Shown: positions 37,998 to 48,602 of the stretch, one piece after another
Layout: each line of letters opens with the position of its first letter
Numbering within the stretch: the first letter of the stretch is position 1
Source: Brevundimonas sp.
GTDB taxonomy: Bacteria > Pseudomonadota > Alphaproteobacteria > Caulobacterales > Caulobacteraceae
NCBI GenBank assembly: GCA_016742215.1
Contig: JACVCC010000004.1
Span: 245,006-309,005, forward strand
Reading direction: 5' to 3'
Length of the DNA stretch: 64,000 nucleotides
The notes under the pieces: model-generated
What the model saw: only the letters and a program-made list of their open reading frames with translations
The model's database searches: none
What the model was told of the DNA's origin: nothing
Translations under genes and position numbers: made by a program

Positions 37998-39797
37998 ATG
38001 GGTCTGGTGGCGAATATCCGACGCGACATGCGGTTCGCGAAGGGCCTCGGCCGCCTGCTCAAGCGCATCAAGCCGATCACCATGGACAGCGAAGTGCTGG
38101 TCTGTGACGACTGGGAAGAAGCTGTCGACAGATTCCCGGACAACGTCGCGATCGAGGATGACCGCCGGACGCTGACCTATCGCGACCTCGATGCGATGGC
38201 CAACCGGTTCGGACACTGGGCGCAGAGCCGGCGCCTGAAGCGCGGCGACACTGTCGCCCTGGTGATGCAGAATCGCGCCGAGTACATCGCAGCCTGGATG
38301 GGCTTTGCGAAAGTCGGCGTCGGCACCGCCCTGATCAACACCAACCTGACCGGCCAGGCGCTGGCGCACTGTTTGACCATCTCCAACGCCTCCCAGGTGC
38401 TGACCTGCGAGGAGTGCTGGCGGCGGGTCGAGGACGCGCGTCCCTATGTCGGGCGCAACATGATGCTGTGGGTCCTGGGGCTCGATGAGGCCGACGAGGC
38501 GGATGAGCGTCGCGGCATCGACAAGCCTGTCCGCAGCGGCTCGTCCGTGCGCCCGGCGAAGTCGGTCCGCTCGGGCCTGACCAATCGCGATACGGCGCTG
38601 TACATCTACACCTCGGGCACCACCGGGCTTCCCAAGGCCGCCAAGATCACCCATGCCCGCGCCCGCACCTACATGCGCGCCTTCGCCGGGGCGACCGAAG
38701 GGTCCGATAAGGACATCACCTTCAATGTCCTGCCGCTCTACCATTCGACCGGCGGACTGGTCGGCATCGGCCCCGCCCTGCTGAACGGCGGCAAGCTGAT
38801 CCTTCGCAAACGCTTCTCGGCGACGACCTTCTGGCCGGACGTGAGGGCCACCGGCGCGACCCTGTTCGTCTATATCGGCGAGCTGTGCCGCTATCTGGTG
38901 AACTGCCCCGAGGCCGCTGACGAACGATCGCACAAGCTTCGTCTCGCCTTCGGCAACGGCCTGCGCCCGGACGTCTGGAGCGACTTCCAGAAGCGGTTCG
39001 CCGTGCCGAACATCCTGGAGTTCTACGGCTCCACCGAAGGCAATGTCTCGCTGTTCAATTTCGACGGAAAGCCCGGTGCGATCGGGCGGGTGCCCGGCTT
39101 CCTGAAGAAGCAGGTCAATTTCCGCCTCGTCCGCTTCGATATCGAGACGGAAGAACCGGTCCGCGGCTCGGACGGCCTGTGCCTGCCCGTCAAGGCGAAC
39201 GAGATCGGCGAGGCTATCGGCATCATCGGCGACGACACCCGCCATGCCTATTCGGGCTACGCCGACAAGGCCGCTTCCGAGAAGAAGGTGCTCCGCGACG
39301 TCTTCGTGCGTGGCGATCGCTATTTCCGCACCGGCGACCTGATGCGTCAGGACTCCGAGGGCTACGTCTATTTCGTCGACCGGATCGGCGACACCTATCG
39401 CTGGAAGGGCGAGAACGTCTCGACCGCAGAGGTGGAGCAACGGCTCGCCGAGGCTCCGGGCATCCTCGAGGTCATCGCCTATGGCGTGCCGATCCCCGGG
39501 CAGGAGGGCAAGGCTGGAATGGTGGCCCTGGTCGTGGACGGCCGGTTCTCGCAGAAGGCGTTCGCCGAATGGGTCGATCAGGAGCTGCCGACCTACGCGC
39601 GTCCCGCCTTTGTCCGCCTGATCAAGGCGGCGGACACGACCGGCACGTTCAAGTACCGCAAGGTCGATCTCGTGGCTGAGGGGTTCGATCCGGACAAGGT
39701 CGACGGCGCCCTGTTCGTGCGCGGCGGCAAGTCCGGCTACACCAAACTGAGCGAGGCGGCGCGCGCTGCGATCCTGAGCGGCGAAACGCGCCTGTAA
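37998..39797 (+). CDS. Long-chain acyl-CoA synthetase (FATP/SLC27-like)
   Basis: YIYTSGTTGLPKAA, FGNGLR, EFYGSTEG and DRIGDTYRWKGENVST motifs. Confidence 0.93.
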   Translation: MGLVANIRRDMRFAKGLGRLLKRIKPITMDSEVLVCDDWEEAVDRFPDNVAIEDDRRTLTYRDLDAMANRFGHWAQSRRLKRGDTVALVMQNRAEYIAAWMGFAKVGVGTALINTNLTGQALAHCLTISNASQVLTCEECWRRVEDARPYVGRNMMLWVLGLDEADEADERRGIDKPVRSGSSVRPAKSVRSGLTNRDTALYIYTSGTTGLPKAAKITHARARTYMRAFAGATEGSDKDITFNVLPLYHSTGGLVGIGPALLNGGKLILRKRFSATTFWPDVRATGATLFVYIGELCRYLVNCPEAADERSHKLRLAFGNGLRPDVWSDFQKRFAVPNILEFYGSTEGNVSLFNFDGKPGAIGRVPGFLKKQVNFRLVRFDIETEEPVRGSDGLCLPVKANEIGEAIGIIGDDTRHAYSGYADKAASEKKVLRDVFVRGDRYFRTGDLMRQDSEGYVYFVDRIGDTYRWKGENVSTAEVEQRLAEAPGILEVIAYGVPIPGQEGKAGMVALVVDGRFSQKAFAEWVDQELPTYARPAFVRLIKAADTTGTFKYRKVDLVAEGFDPDKVDGALFVRGGKSGYTKLSEAARAAILSGETRL

Positions 39798-39880
39798 CGA
39801 AGGTCAGCTTCGCAACCGCCGATTAATGATTAACGGCGATATGTGGGGGATCGACTTCCCCGCGCAGGCCTCCGCTCTCC

Positions 39881-40747
39881 ATGTTCCAGATTATCGGCAT
39901 CGTCGTGCTGTTCGCCATGGTGTTCGGCGGATACACGATCGCGGGCGGCAAGATGGGGGTGATCCTTCACTCCCTGCCCTATGAAATGATGATGATCGGC
40001 GGCGCCGCGATCGCCGCCCTCCTGATCTCGAACGCCCCCTCGACGCTGAAGGGCGTGGCCGGCGGCTTCGGCAAGGTGTTCGCCGGATCGAAATGGAAGA
40101 AGCAGGACTACAAGGACCTGCTGTCCCTGCTGTTCCAGTTGACCAAGACGATGAAATCCAAGGGCGTCATCGCTCTGGAAAGCCACATCGAGAAGCCCGC
40201 CGAGAGCAGCATCTTCCAGAAGTATCCGAAGGTGCTGAAGGATCACTTCGCCACCGACTTCATCTGCGACACCCTGCGGATGATGACCATGAACCTCGAG
40301 GATCCGCACCAGATCGAGGACGCCATGGAAAAACAGCTGGAGAAGCACCACCACGAGGCGCTCGAACCGGCGCACGCGCTGCAGAACATGGCCGACGCCC
40401 TGCCGGCGCTGGGCATCGTCGCCGCCGTGCTGGGGGTCATCAAGACCATGGCCGCCATCACCGAGCCGCCCGAGGTTCTGGGCGGCATGATCGGCGGCGC
40501 GCTGGTCGGCACCTTCCTGGGCGTGTTCCTGGCCTATGGCCTCGTCGGTCCGCTGGCCTCGCGCCTGACCGGAATCATCAACGGCGACGCCGCCTACTAC
40601 AAGATCATCCAGTCGGTGCTGGTCGCCCACCTTCACGGCAACGCGGCCCAGATCTCGGTCGAGATCGGCCGTGGCGACATCCCCTCGACCGCCCAGCCCT
40701 CCTTCGCCGAGATGGAAGAGGCGTTGGCCAACGCGCCGACCGAATAG
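39881..40747 (+). CDS. motA: Flagellar motor stator protein MotA
   Basis: ADALPALGIVAAVLGVIKTM and GGALVGTFLGVFLAYG motifs. Confidence 0.95.
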   Translation: MFQIIGIVVLFAMVFGGYTIAGGKMGVILHSLPYEMMMIGGAAIAALLISNAPSTLKGVAGGFGKVFAGSKWKKQDYKDLLSLLFQLTKTMKSKGVIALESHIEKPAESSIFQKYPKVLKDHFATDFICDTLRMMTMNLEDPHQIEDAMEKQLEKHHHEALEPAHALQNMADALPALGIVAAVLGVIKTMAAITEPPEVLGGMIGGALVGTFLGVFLAYGLVGPLASRLTGIINGDAAYYKIIQSVLVAHLHGNAAQISVEIGRGDIPSTAQPSFAEMEEALANAPTE

Positions 40748-40877
40748 TCTCACGAAGCCCTCACGCCGCCTCTCGGCTCATCACGCCGCCGGGAACGGCC
40801 TTGCCGCTGGCCGGTTTGAACCTTCGGCGATCGTGACAGCGGCAGCTCCTTGCCGCGCGACCGTCGGAGGACATCCG

Positions 40878-41162
40878 ATGAAACTGACGCCCCTGGGACT
40901 CGCCGCAGCAGCCGCTCTGGGTCTCGCCGCCTGTTCCGGCAACGACGACGCCCCGAAGACCGACGCAGCGGCCGACACCGCCATGGACACCGCCGCCACA
41001 GCGCCGGCGGCGCCGATGCCCGCTGACCCGACGATGCCGCCCGTCGACGGCGCGCCGCCGCCGGCCAATCCTGATGGCGCTGTGGCGACGCCCCCGACCC
41101 TGCCGACGGACCCGACGATGGAGCCAACCTCGCAGGCCACCACATCGCCTCCGCCGCAGTAG
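40878..41162 (+). CDS. Small Pro/Ala/Asp-rich lipoprotein
   Basis: RBS GGAGG, MKLTPLGLAAAAALGLAAC lipobox, disordered mature part. Confidence 0.8.
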   Translation: MKLTPLGLAAAAALGLAACSGNDDAPKTDAAADTAMDTAATAPAAPMPADPTMPPVDGAPPPANPDGAVATPPTLPTDPTMEPTSQATTSPPPQ

Positions 41163-41299
41163 GACGCACGGCGATCGGGCTGTTCTGTTACATGGGTTCA
41201 CGAACGCGTGAGAATTCGCTTGCAACGATGCTCACGATCCCGTTATCTCACCTCGACGAGGATTCATGACCTCGTTTGAACCTTCTGAAGGATAACACC

Positions 41300-41575
41300 A
41301 TGCGCATCACCGCTCTGATCGCCGCTTCGGCCGCCGCTCTGGCCCTGGCCGCCTGCACCCCGGCCGCCGAAGACAAGGCCGCTGACGCTTCGGCCGACGC
41401 CGCTGCCGCTGCTGACACCGCCACGGACGCTGCCGCGACCGCCGACGCCGCTGCCGCTGACGCGACCGCCGCTGCTGGCGACGCCGCTGCTGCCGCCGCT
41501 GCTGCTCCGGCCGCTGACGCCGCTGCTCCGGCTGCTGACGCCGCTGCTCCGGCTGCCCCGGCTGCCGCTCACTAA
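41300..41575 (+). CDS. Small extremely Ala-rich lipoprotein
   Basis: MRITALIAASAAALALAAC lipobox; frequent GCT codons; TTGCAA-N17-TTATCT upstream at 41220-41248. Confidence 0.8.
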   Translation: MRITALIAASAAALALAACTPAAEDKAADASADAAAAADTATDAAATADAAAADATAAAGDAAAAAAAAPAADAAAPAADAAAPAAPAAAH

Positions 41576-41611
41576 GAGCGACAACGGACAAGGCCTTCGG
41601 GCCTTCGTTGA

Positions 41612-41643
41612 GAAAGGGTCGCCTTCACGGGCGGCCCTTTTTT
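41612..41643 (+). terminator. Intrinsic terminator
   Basis: AAAGGGTCGCC-TTCACG-GGCGGCCC-TTTTTT. Confidence 0.8.
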
Positions 41644-41718
41644 CATGCGCTGAACCCGGAACATAGGACGCACACGGGTATTTCTCCTGCCGAGCCAGCT
41701 TTGCAGAAGGAAAACTCA

Positions 41719-42069
41719 ATGCGTCTCATGACCCTGACTGTCGCTGCAGCCGCCGCCCTGACCCTCGCTGCCTGCAACAACAACGAAGCCGCCGAGGATT
41801 CGGCGGACGCCGCCGCCGCTTCGGAAGCCGCCGCTGACACCGCCGCGATGACCGCCGAAGGCGCCGCCGCCGACGCATCGGCCGCTGCGGGCGCTGCAAG
41901 CTCGAACGCCGCCCGCGCTTCCGGCGAGACCATGACTTCCGGGACCACCACCATGCCGTCCAGCGGCGCCATGGCTCCGGCCGTGGACGGGCCGCCGGCC
42001 GCCGGCGCCAACCAGACCGACACCGAACGTCGTTTGAACCCGCAGGGCGTCCAGGCTCCCGCCCAGTAG
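41719..42069 (+). CDS. Small Ala-rich lipoprotein
   Basis: [27 protein letters not shown] lipobox, disordered mature part. Confidence 0.8.
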   Translation: MRLMTLTVAAAAALTLAACNNNEAAEDSADAAAASEAAADTAAMTAEGAAADASAAAGAASSNAARASGETMTSGTTTMPSSGAMAPAVDGPPAAGANQTDTERRLNPQGVQAPAQ

Positions 42070-42089
42070 GACGGACATATCGCCGAACG

Positions 42090-42119
42090 AGGGCCGCTTC
42101 TTCGGGAGCGGCCCTTTTT
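42090..42119 (+). terminator. Intrinsic terminator
   Basis: GGGCCGCTTC-TTCG-GGAGCGGCCC-TTTTT. Confidence 0.85.
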
Positions 42120-42156
42120 CGTTGCGCGGGCCCTCGGGCGGTGTAGGTCCGGGTCG

Positions 42157-43962
42157 ATGATCGACGACCGCTCGCCACACCTGACCTGGACCGAGGAGGA
42201 TGCCCCGCGCTCCGGCCGGTTCGGGGACGTCTATTTCTCTCGGGAGGACGGTCTGGCCGAGACACGCGCGGTCTTCCTCGCCGGTTGTGGTCTGCCGGAA
42301 GCATGGGCGGAGAGACGCCATTTCACGGTCGCCGAACTCGGCTTCGGCACGGGGCTCAACATCGCCGCCCTGCTGGATCTTTGGGGACGAACGGCGCCGA
42401 CCGCCGCGCGGCTGCATATCTTCTCGGTCGAGGGGTATCCGCTCAGCCGGGAGGAGGCGGCGCGAGCCTTGGCGGCCTGGCCGGAGTTGCAGGCGCCGGT
42501 AGAGGCCCTGCTGGCCGCATGGCCGCGGTTGACCCCCGGCATTCATCGGCTGGACCTGCCCGCCTTCCGCGCCACGCTGGATCTGGCGATCGGCGAGGTA
42601 GAGCCGATCCTCGCCGGTTGGTCGGGACAGGCCGACGCCTGGTTTCTGGACGGCTTCGCGCCCTCGACGAACCCCGGGATGTGGTCGGACGGCGTGATGG
42701 ACCTGATTGCCGCCCGGTCCGCTCCCGATGCTCGCGTGGCCACCTTTACCGTCGCGGGCGTGGTGCGCCGCGGCCTGGCGGATCGGGGCTTCGTCGTCGA
42801 CAAGCGGCCCGGACACGGCCGCAAGCGCGAACGGCTGGAGGCCCGGCTGAGCGGGACGCCCCGTGCCGAGCCGGCGCCGCGTGTCGCGATCATCGGCGGA
42901 GGAATCGCCGGCGCCTCGCTGGCCCGGGCCTTCGCCATGGCGGGACAGCCGGTCACCCTCGTGGAGCAGGACTGCCCGGGCGCGGGGGCGTCAGGGTTTC
43001 CCGCAGCGCTGGTGACGCCGCGCCTGGACGCGGGGGACGCCGGCATCGCCGGTCTCTATGCCGCCGCCCTGGAGCGGGCGTGCAGCCTCTATGCCGAAGT
43101 TCCGGGAGCCGTGATCGCCTCGGGGGTGCTCCAGCTCGAACAGGCCGCGCGCGACGCGGGGCGGTTCGCCAAGGTCGCAGCGCAGGATCTGTGGGCTCCG
43201 GGCGAGATGACCGTTCAGTCGGCGGAACAGGCGACGCGGCGGCTGGGCGAGCAAGCGACGGTCGGCGGCCTGCTGATGCAGGGCGCTCTCGCGATCCGCC
43301 CTGAGGCAGTGCTTGAGTCCTGGCTCGCCGACATCGATCGTTTGGCGGCCTCCGTCGAACGGGTCGAGCGCGGGGGCGGCCGGTGGCGGCTGATCGGGCC
43401 AGACGGGCAAACGCTCATGGAAGCCGACGTCGTGGTTCTCGGCGCAGGCTGGGGCAACGCCGGATTGGCGCGGCGCCTTCCCCTGTCGCCTGTCGCCGGG
43501 CAGGCGGACTGGATCGAGGGCCCGACCGCCTCTCCGGTCGCCTGGGGCGGATATGCGATCCCTACCGGCTCGGGCCTGCTGTTCGGCGCCACCCACGAGC
43601 GCGGTCGGACCGATCCCGTGCCGTCCGTCGAAGCAAGCGCCCGGAACCGGGAGACCCTCGCCGGAGCGTTGCCAGATCTCGCGTCGCAGCTTGCCGACCT
43701 GCCTTCGCAGGCGCGGGCCGCGGTTCGGGCGACGACGCCCGACCGTCTCCCCGTCGCCGGCGCGCTCGAAGAGGGTCTGTACGTGCTGGGCGGGCTGGGT
43801 TCGCGAGGGTTCTGCGCCGCGCCGCTTCTGGCCGAGCACGTCGCCGCCCTGGCGTTGGGCCTGCCCTCGCCGCTCGCCGCCGATCAGGCGCGCAAGGTCG
43901 ACCCGTTACGGTTCGTCATCGATGAGGGACTTGCGGGGGCTCCGGCGAAGGTAGAACCTTGA
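42157..43962 (+). CDS. mnmC: Bifunctional tRNA mnm5s2U34 biosynthesis protein
   Basis: FGDVYFS, ELGFGTGLN, WFLDGFAP and PGHGRKRE (methyltransferase) fused to a GGGIAG FAD oxidoreductase with GLGSRG. Confidence 0.92.
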   Translation: MIDDRSPHLTWTEEDAPRSGRFGDVYFSREDGLAETRAVFLAGCGLPEAWAERRHFTVAELGFGTGLNIAALLDLWGRTAPTAARLHIFSVEGYPLSREEAARALAAWPELQAPVEALLAAWPRLTPGIHRLDLPAFRATLDLAIGEVEPILAGWSGQADAWFLDGFAPSTNPGMWSDGVMDLIAARSAPDARVATFTVAGVVRRGLADRGFVVDKRPGHGRKRERLEARLSGTPRAEPAPRVAIIGGGIAGASLARAFAMAGQPVTLVEQDCPGAGASGFPAALVTPRLDAGDAGIAGLYAAALERACSLYAEVPGAVIASGVLQLEQAARDAGRFAKVAAQDLWAPGEMTVQSAEQATRRLGEQATVGGLLMQGALAIRPEAVLESWLADIDRLAASVERVERGGGRWRLIGPDGQTLMEADVVVLGAGWGNAGLARRLPLSPVAGQADWIEGPTASPVAWGGYAIPTGSGLLFGATHERGRTDPVPSVEASARNRETLAGALPDLASQLADLPSQARAAVRATTPDRLPVAGALEEGLYVLGGLGSRGFCAAPLLAEHVAALALGLPSPLAADQARKVDPLRFVIDEGLAGAPAKVEP

Positions 43963-43995
43963 ACACGGGGCGGTGAGTTCAGGGAGTATCTCTGC

Positions 43996-44409
43996 ATGCG
44001 TATCTTCGTTGTCGCCGCCCTGGGCCTTGTGGCCGCTATCGGGGGCTGCGCGCCGACCTCCGGGTCGGGCGACGGCCAGACCGACGGGCGCCCGGTTCGC
44101 CAATGCTTCAATGTCCAGCAGGTCGACAACTTCAGGTCCGGCCGGTTCGACCAGCTGTTCCTGCGGGTGAGCAGGAACCAGGTTTACGAACTGAGCGTCG
44201 CCGGAGGGTGTCGCGATCTGGACTTCGCCCTGCGCATGGCCCTGATCCCCGACGGCGGCGGATCCGTGGGTTCGCGCCTGTGCACCGGGGACTGGGCCCG
44301 CATCGTCGTGCCGGGCGACGCCAGCCCCGTCGAAACCTGCCGCGTCCGTATCAATCGCCAGCTGACCGAGGCCGAGATCGAAGCCCTGCCGGCGGCGCAT
44401 CGCCCGTGA
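43996..44409 (+). CDS. Cys-containing lipoprotein (DUF6491-like)
   Basis: Lipobox IGGC; RQCF...GGC...RLC...CRV pattern; ends EIEALPAAHRP. Confidence 0.75.
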   Translation: MRIFVVAALGLVAAIGGCAPTSGSGDGQTDGRPVRQCFNVQQVDNFRSGRFDQLFLRVSRNQVYELSVAGGCRDLDFALRMALIPDGGGSVGSRLCTGDWARIVVPGDASPVETCRVRINRQLTEAEIEALPAAHRP

Positions 44410-44420
44410 GGAGCCCTGCC

Positions 44421-44828
44421 ATGCTGAAGACCGCCCTGCTCCCTGTCATCGCCCTGGCTCTGGCCGGGCTGGCGCCGCCCCCCGTTCAACCGCCCGCGGG
44501 GGACGGGGACGAGCGGCCGGCGCGGGCCTGTTTCCTGCCGCAGACGATCGTCAATTATCGGACCGACGGGGACACGACGGCCTATGTCCGGGCCGGGCGC
44601 GGCGAGGTCTTCCAGCTGCAGAGCAGCGGATGCCGGGGACTGGGCATGTCGCGCGGGCTCGGCATCGCTCCGGAATCGGGGATGGGAGCCTGCGTCGGCG
44701 AGACGGTCGGCCTGGCCACCAGCGGCCCGTCCCTGATGGGAGAGAACAACTCCCGCTGCACGGCCCGGGTCGTGAAACGCCTGACCGCCGAGGAGGTCGC
44801 AGCCCTCCCCGGCCGGGTCCGTCCCTAG
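44421..44828 (+). CDS. Cys-containing secreted protein (DUF6491-like), paralog of the upstream gene
   Basis: RBS GAGGAG; RACF...SGC...GAC...CTA pattern; ends [11 protein letters not shown]. Confidence 0.75.
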   Translation: MLKTALLPVIALALAGLAPPPVQPPAGDGDERPARACFLPQTIVNYRTDGDTTAYVRAGRGEVFQLQSSGCRGLGMSRGLGIAPESGMGACVGETVGLATSGPSLMGENNSRCTARVVKRLTAEEVAALPGRVRP

Positions 44829-46966
44829 GACTTCTGGGCGTAGCCGAGACGCAAATTCAGCTTTTCGATCAAGTCGATAGCCGTATCGGCGATGACAGAG
44901 CCGGGCGGATAGACCGCGGCCGCTCCACTCTCCAGCAGGGGCTGGACGTCGGACGGCGGGATGACCCCGCCGACGACGATCATAATGTCCGACCGGCCCA
45001 GCTTCTCCAGCTCGGCCTTGAGTTCGGGCACCAGCGTCAGGTGGCCGGCGGCCAGCGATGAGGCGCCGACGGCGTGGACGTTCTTCTGCACCGCCTCCTG
45101 CGCCGCCTCGGCGGGCGTCTGGAACAGGGAGCCGGCGGTGACGTCGAGGCCGAGGTCGCCATAGGCCGTGGCGACCACCTTCTGGCCGCGGTCGTGACCG
45201 TCCTGGCCCAGCTTGGCGATCAGGATGCGCGGCGGGCCGCCATCGTTCTCGACGAAGGCCGCGACCATGTCGCGGGCGCGGCTGAATTTCGCGTCCTTGC
45301 CGGCTTCCTTCGCATAGACGCCGGAGACGGTCTTCACGCTGGCGATATGGCGGCCGAAGGCGGCCTCCAGCGCGTCGGAGATCTCGCCGACGGTGGCCTT
45401 GGCGCGCGCGGCCTCAACAGCCAGTTGCAGCAGGTTGGCGTCGCCCTTCGCGCCCGCCGTCAGGGCGTCCAGCGCGGCTTGCGTCGCCGCCTCGTCCCGC
45501 TCCGCGCGCAGGCGCTTCAGCTTGTCCAGCTGTGCCGCCAGCACGGCGGCGTTGTCGACCTTCAGCATCGGAATGTCGTCGGGCGTGTCGGCGAAATAGC
45601 TGTTCACGCCGACGACCGTCTGCTGGCCGGTGTCGATGCGGGCCTGGGTCTTCGCCGCCGATTCCTCGATGCGCAGCTTGGGAATGCCGGCCTCGATGGC
45701 CTTGGCCATGCCGCCCAGAGCCTCGACCTCGGCCATGTGGGCGCGGGCGCGCTCGGCCAGTTCGTGGGTCAGGCGCTCGACGTAGAAGCTGCCGCCCCAC
45801 GGATCGATCACCTTCGTCAGACCGGTTTCCTGCTGCAGCAGGATCTGGGTGTTGCGCGCGATCCGCGCGGAGAAGTCGGTCGGCAAGGCCAGCGCCTCGT
45901 CCAGCGCATTGGTGTGCAGGGACTGGGTCTGGCCGCCCGCGGCCGCCATGGCCTCGACCATGGTGCGCGAGACGTTGTTGAACACGTCCTGCGCCGCCAG
46001 CGACCAGCCCGAGGTCTGGCAGTGGGCGCGCAGGGACAGGGATTTCGGATCCAGACCGCCCTCGCGGCGCACGGCTTCGGCCCACAGCAGGCGGCCGGCG
46101 CGCATCTTGGCCACCTCCATGAAGTAGTTCATGCCGATGGCCCAGAAGAAGGACAGGCGCGGCGCGAACCGGTCGATGGGCATTCCCGCCGCCAGCCCGG
46201 CGCGCAGGTATTCGACGCCGTCGGCGAGGGTGTAGGCCAGTTCCAGATCCGCCGAGGCTCCCGCCTCCTGCATGTGGTAGCCGCTGATCGAGATGGAGTT
46301 GAACTTGGGCGCGTGCTGCGCGGTCCAGGCGAAGATGTCCGCAATGATCCGCATCGAGGGCTCGGGCGGATAGATGTAGGTGTTGCGGACCATGAACTCC
46401 TTGAGGATGTCGTTCTGGATGGTCCCGGTCAGGGCGCTGTGCGCCACGCCCTGCTCTTCCGCCGCGACGATGTAGAGGGCCAGCACCGGCAGGACGGCGC
46501 CGTTCATCGTCATGGAGACGGACATCTGGTCCAGCGGAATGCCGTCGAACAGGGTCCGCATGTCGTAGATGCTGTCGATGGCCACGCCGGCCATGCCGAC
46601 GTCGCCCTTCACCCGCGGGTGGTCGCTGTCGTAGCCGCGGTGGGTGGCCAGATCGAAGGCGATCGACAGCCCCTTCTGACCGGCCGCGAGGTTGCGGCGA
46701 TAGAAGGCGTTGGACTCCTCGGCCGTCGAGAAGCCGGCGTACTGGCGGATGGTCCACGGATTGCCCGCGTACATCGTCGGGTACGGCCCGCGATGATAGG
46801 GGGCGATGCCCGGCAGGCCGTGGATGAACTCCATGTCCTGCAGCGCCGAGGCGTCATAGGCGGTCGAGACCGTCAGTCCCTCTGGCGTGGACCAGTCGCC
46901 GCGCGACGGGCCGACGCCGGTCGGCGACAGGTCGAGCGTGGCTTTGGAGAAATCGGGGAAGCTCAT
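44825..46966 (-). CDS. scpA: Methylmalonyl-CoA mutase, large (B12-binding) subunit
   Basis: [23 protein letters not shown] and [11 protein letters not shown] (DxHxxG) motifs. Confidence 0.95.
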   Translation of the reverse strand: MSFPDFSKATLDLSPTGVGPSRGDWSTPEGLTVSTAYDASALQDMEFIHGLPGIAPYHRGPYPTMYAGNPWTIRQYAGFSTAEESNAFYRRNLAAGQKGLSIAFDLATHRGYDSDHPRVKGDVGMAGVAIDSIYDMRTLFDGIPLDQMSVSMTMNGAVLPVLALYIVAAEEQGVAHSALTGTIQNDILKEFMVRNTYIYPPEPSMRIIADIFAWTAQHAPKFNSISISGYHMQEAGASADLELAYTLADGVEYLRAGLAAGMPIDRFAPRLSFFWAIGMNYFMEVAKMRAGRLLWAEAVRREGGLDPKSLSLRAHCQTSGWSLAAQDVFNNVSRTMVEAMAAAGGQTQSLHTNALDEALALPTDFSARIARNTQILLQQETGLTKVIDPWGGSFYVERLTHELAERARAHMAEVEALGGMAKAIEAGIPKLRIEESAAKTQARIDTGQQTVVGVNSYFADTPDDIPMLKVDNAAVLAAQLDKLKRLRAERDEAATQAALDALTAGAKGDANLLQLAVEAARAKATVGEISDALEAAFGRHIASVKTVSGVYAKEAGKDAKFSRARDMVAAFVENDGGPPRILIAKLGQDGHDRGQKVVATAYGDLGLDVTAGSLFQTPAEAAQEAVQKNVHAVGASSLAAGHLTLVPELKAELEKLGRSDIMIVVGGVIPPSDVQPLLESGAAAVYPPGSVIADTAIDLIEKLNLRLGYAQKS

Positions 46967-48351
46967 TGTCCGGCCTCCTTCGCTTCGAAGGGCGCGGCGA
47001 GGCGCATGGGGGTCAGGGGTACGCAGGCATCGCCGCCGCCCTGAAGAACGGGCGCCGGCGCTCGTTCGGTTGCGGTCGGGCGCGGTTCGGGATCGACGAA
47101 CTTCGTCACCCCGACCATGTGCTTGCCGCCCTCCGCCAACGCCTTTTCCAGCACGGCGCGGGCGCGGGCGACGCGCGGCTGGATCAGATGGCCGCGGAGG
47201 GCGTCCAGAAGGCCGCCCTCGGCCTCGATGATCTGGAACTCGGCCCAGGCGGCCTCGGCGAGGTCGCGGGTGCGGTGATCCAGATACCAGCTGCCCGACG
47301 CCGGATCGTCGACCCGGCCAAGGCTGGCCTCTTCCATCAGCACCAGCTGGGTGTTGCGCGCCTGACGCCGGGCGAAGGCGTCGGACCGGCCTTCCGCGCG
47401 GGTGAAGCCGTCCAGCACGATGGCGTCGGCGCCGCCGACCGCGCCGGCGAAGCCCGCGGCCGTGAGGCGCAGAAGGTTGGGCCACGGGTCGCGGGCCGAG
47501 AGCATCCGGCGCGACGACCGGGCCTCGATGATCGCGGGCAGATCGAGGCCGAAGGCCTGACAGATCGAGCGCCAGACCAGCCGCAGGGCGCGGACCTTGG
47601 CGAGGCTGTCGAAATATTCCTGATCCACCGAGACGCCGAGGACCGTGCCCTTGAGCGCCTGTTCGGCCGACAGGCCGGCGCGATTGGCGGCGCGGACCAT
47701 CTCGACCGCCGAGGCGGCGATGAAGGCCAGTTCCTGGGCGATCGAACCGCCGGCCTCGTGGACCACGCGACCGCTGGCCATGAACAGGGTCGCTTCGGGA
47801 TAGGCGCCGGCATGGCGGGCCGCGGTGTTGGCCGCGAGGTCCAGATGCTCAGCCATGCCGCGCGGGCTTTCGCCGGTTTCGGCGAAGGCCGAGATCGGGT
47901 CCATGTGGAAACGCAGGCGCGCGCGCGGCGACCCCTTGGCCGCGACAGCCAGGCCGTTGGCCGCGTCGGGGCCGTCCAGACCCGCGTCCAGCGCCACGGC
48001 CGCCAGTTCCAGAGCCACGCCGTCCAGCGCCCGGCCCAGCGGCTCGCTGTCCGACAGGATCGCGCCCTTCAGGAGGATCGACGCCGCCCCGCCCTTGAGA
48101 TCGTCCAGCGCCGCGGCGTTGACCGCCTCGGGGTCGTCGCCCTCGACGAGGGTCCGCAGGTCCCAGGCCCGGCCGTCGGCGTCCGACGGGCGCGGCGCGC
48201 GCACCGTCTCGACCCCGGTCGCGCCGGCGTACAGGGGACGGACGATCAGCTGGTCGGCGTCGATGTGGACCAGGCTCTCCAGCGGACGGTCCTTCAGGGC
48301 CTTCTCGGCAAGGGCCTTCCAGTCGGCGGGGGACGGGGTCGGGAATGTCAT
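46963..48351 (-). CDS. mutA: Methylmalonyl-CoA mutase small subunit
   Basis: [22 protein letters not shown] and DPASGSWY motifs; stop overlaps the large-subunit start. Confidence 0.85.
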   Translation of the reverse strand: MTFPTPSPADWKALAEKALKDRPLESLVHIDADQLIVRPLYAGATGVETVRAPRPSDADGRAWDLRTLVEGDDPEAVNAAALDDLKGGAASILLKGAILSDSEPLGRALDGVALELAAVALDAGLDGPDAANGLAVAAKGSPRARLRFHMDPISAFAETGESPRGMAEHLDLAANTAARHAGAYPEATLFMASGRVVHEAGGSIAQELAFIAASAVEMVRAANRAGLSAEQALKGTVLGVSVDQEYFDSLAKVRALRLVWRSICQAFGLDLPAIIEARSSRRMLSARDPWPNLLRLTAAGFAGAVGGADAIVLDGFTRAEGRSDAFARRQARNTQLVLMEEASLGRVDDPASGSWYLDHRTRDLAEAAWAEFQIIEAEGGLLDALRGHLIQPRVARARAVLEKALAEGGKHMVGVTKFVDPEPRPTATERAPAPVLQGGGDACVPLTPMRLAAPFEAKEAGQ

Positions 48352-48602
48352 GGCGTCTCCTTGCCCTCCCCGAAGGCCCGGGTCCAGTGACCGGGCCCGC
48401 TCCGGGGTTTTCCGGACGAACTGTTCAAAATGGTCGGTTCCGTAAAAACGCGTGCGAGTCGTCCGGAAATCCCCTCCTGCCCTTCGATCCGGGCAATCTG
48501 ACACGCGCACGCGTCAAAAACGGTCGCATCAGTTTGTAACCCTGTCCGTTGCAGTCGCGCGGAGGCCGCCTACATCCTCCCCGACATCAAAGGGAGTTTC
48601 CG

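Noticed and set aside
39881-40747. motA without adjacent motB as a sign of gene loss
   Set aside because: motA and motB are unlinked in Caulobacter, so this arrangement is expected
41380-41570. GCC/GCT-rich repeat considered as a non-coding microsatellite
   Set aside because: It is in frame within a lipoprotein ORF that has an RBS, lipobox and terminator, so it encodes Ala repeats
48352-48540. Cobalamin riboswitch upstream of the mutase operon
   Set aside because: The conserved GGGAA, GCAACTGT, GCCACTG and AGYCAGRAGAC elements are not visible; kept only as an unknown structured region
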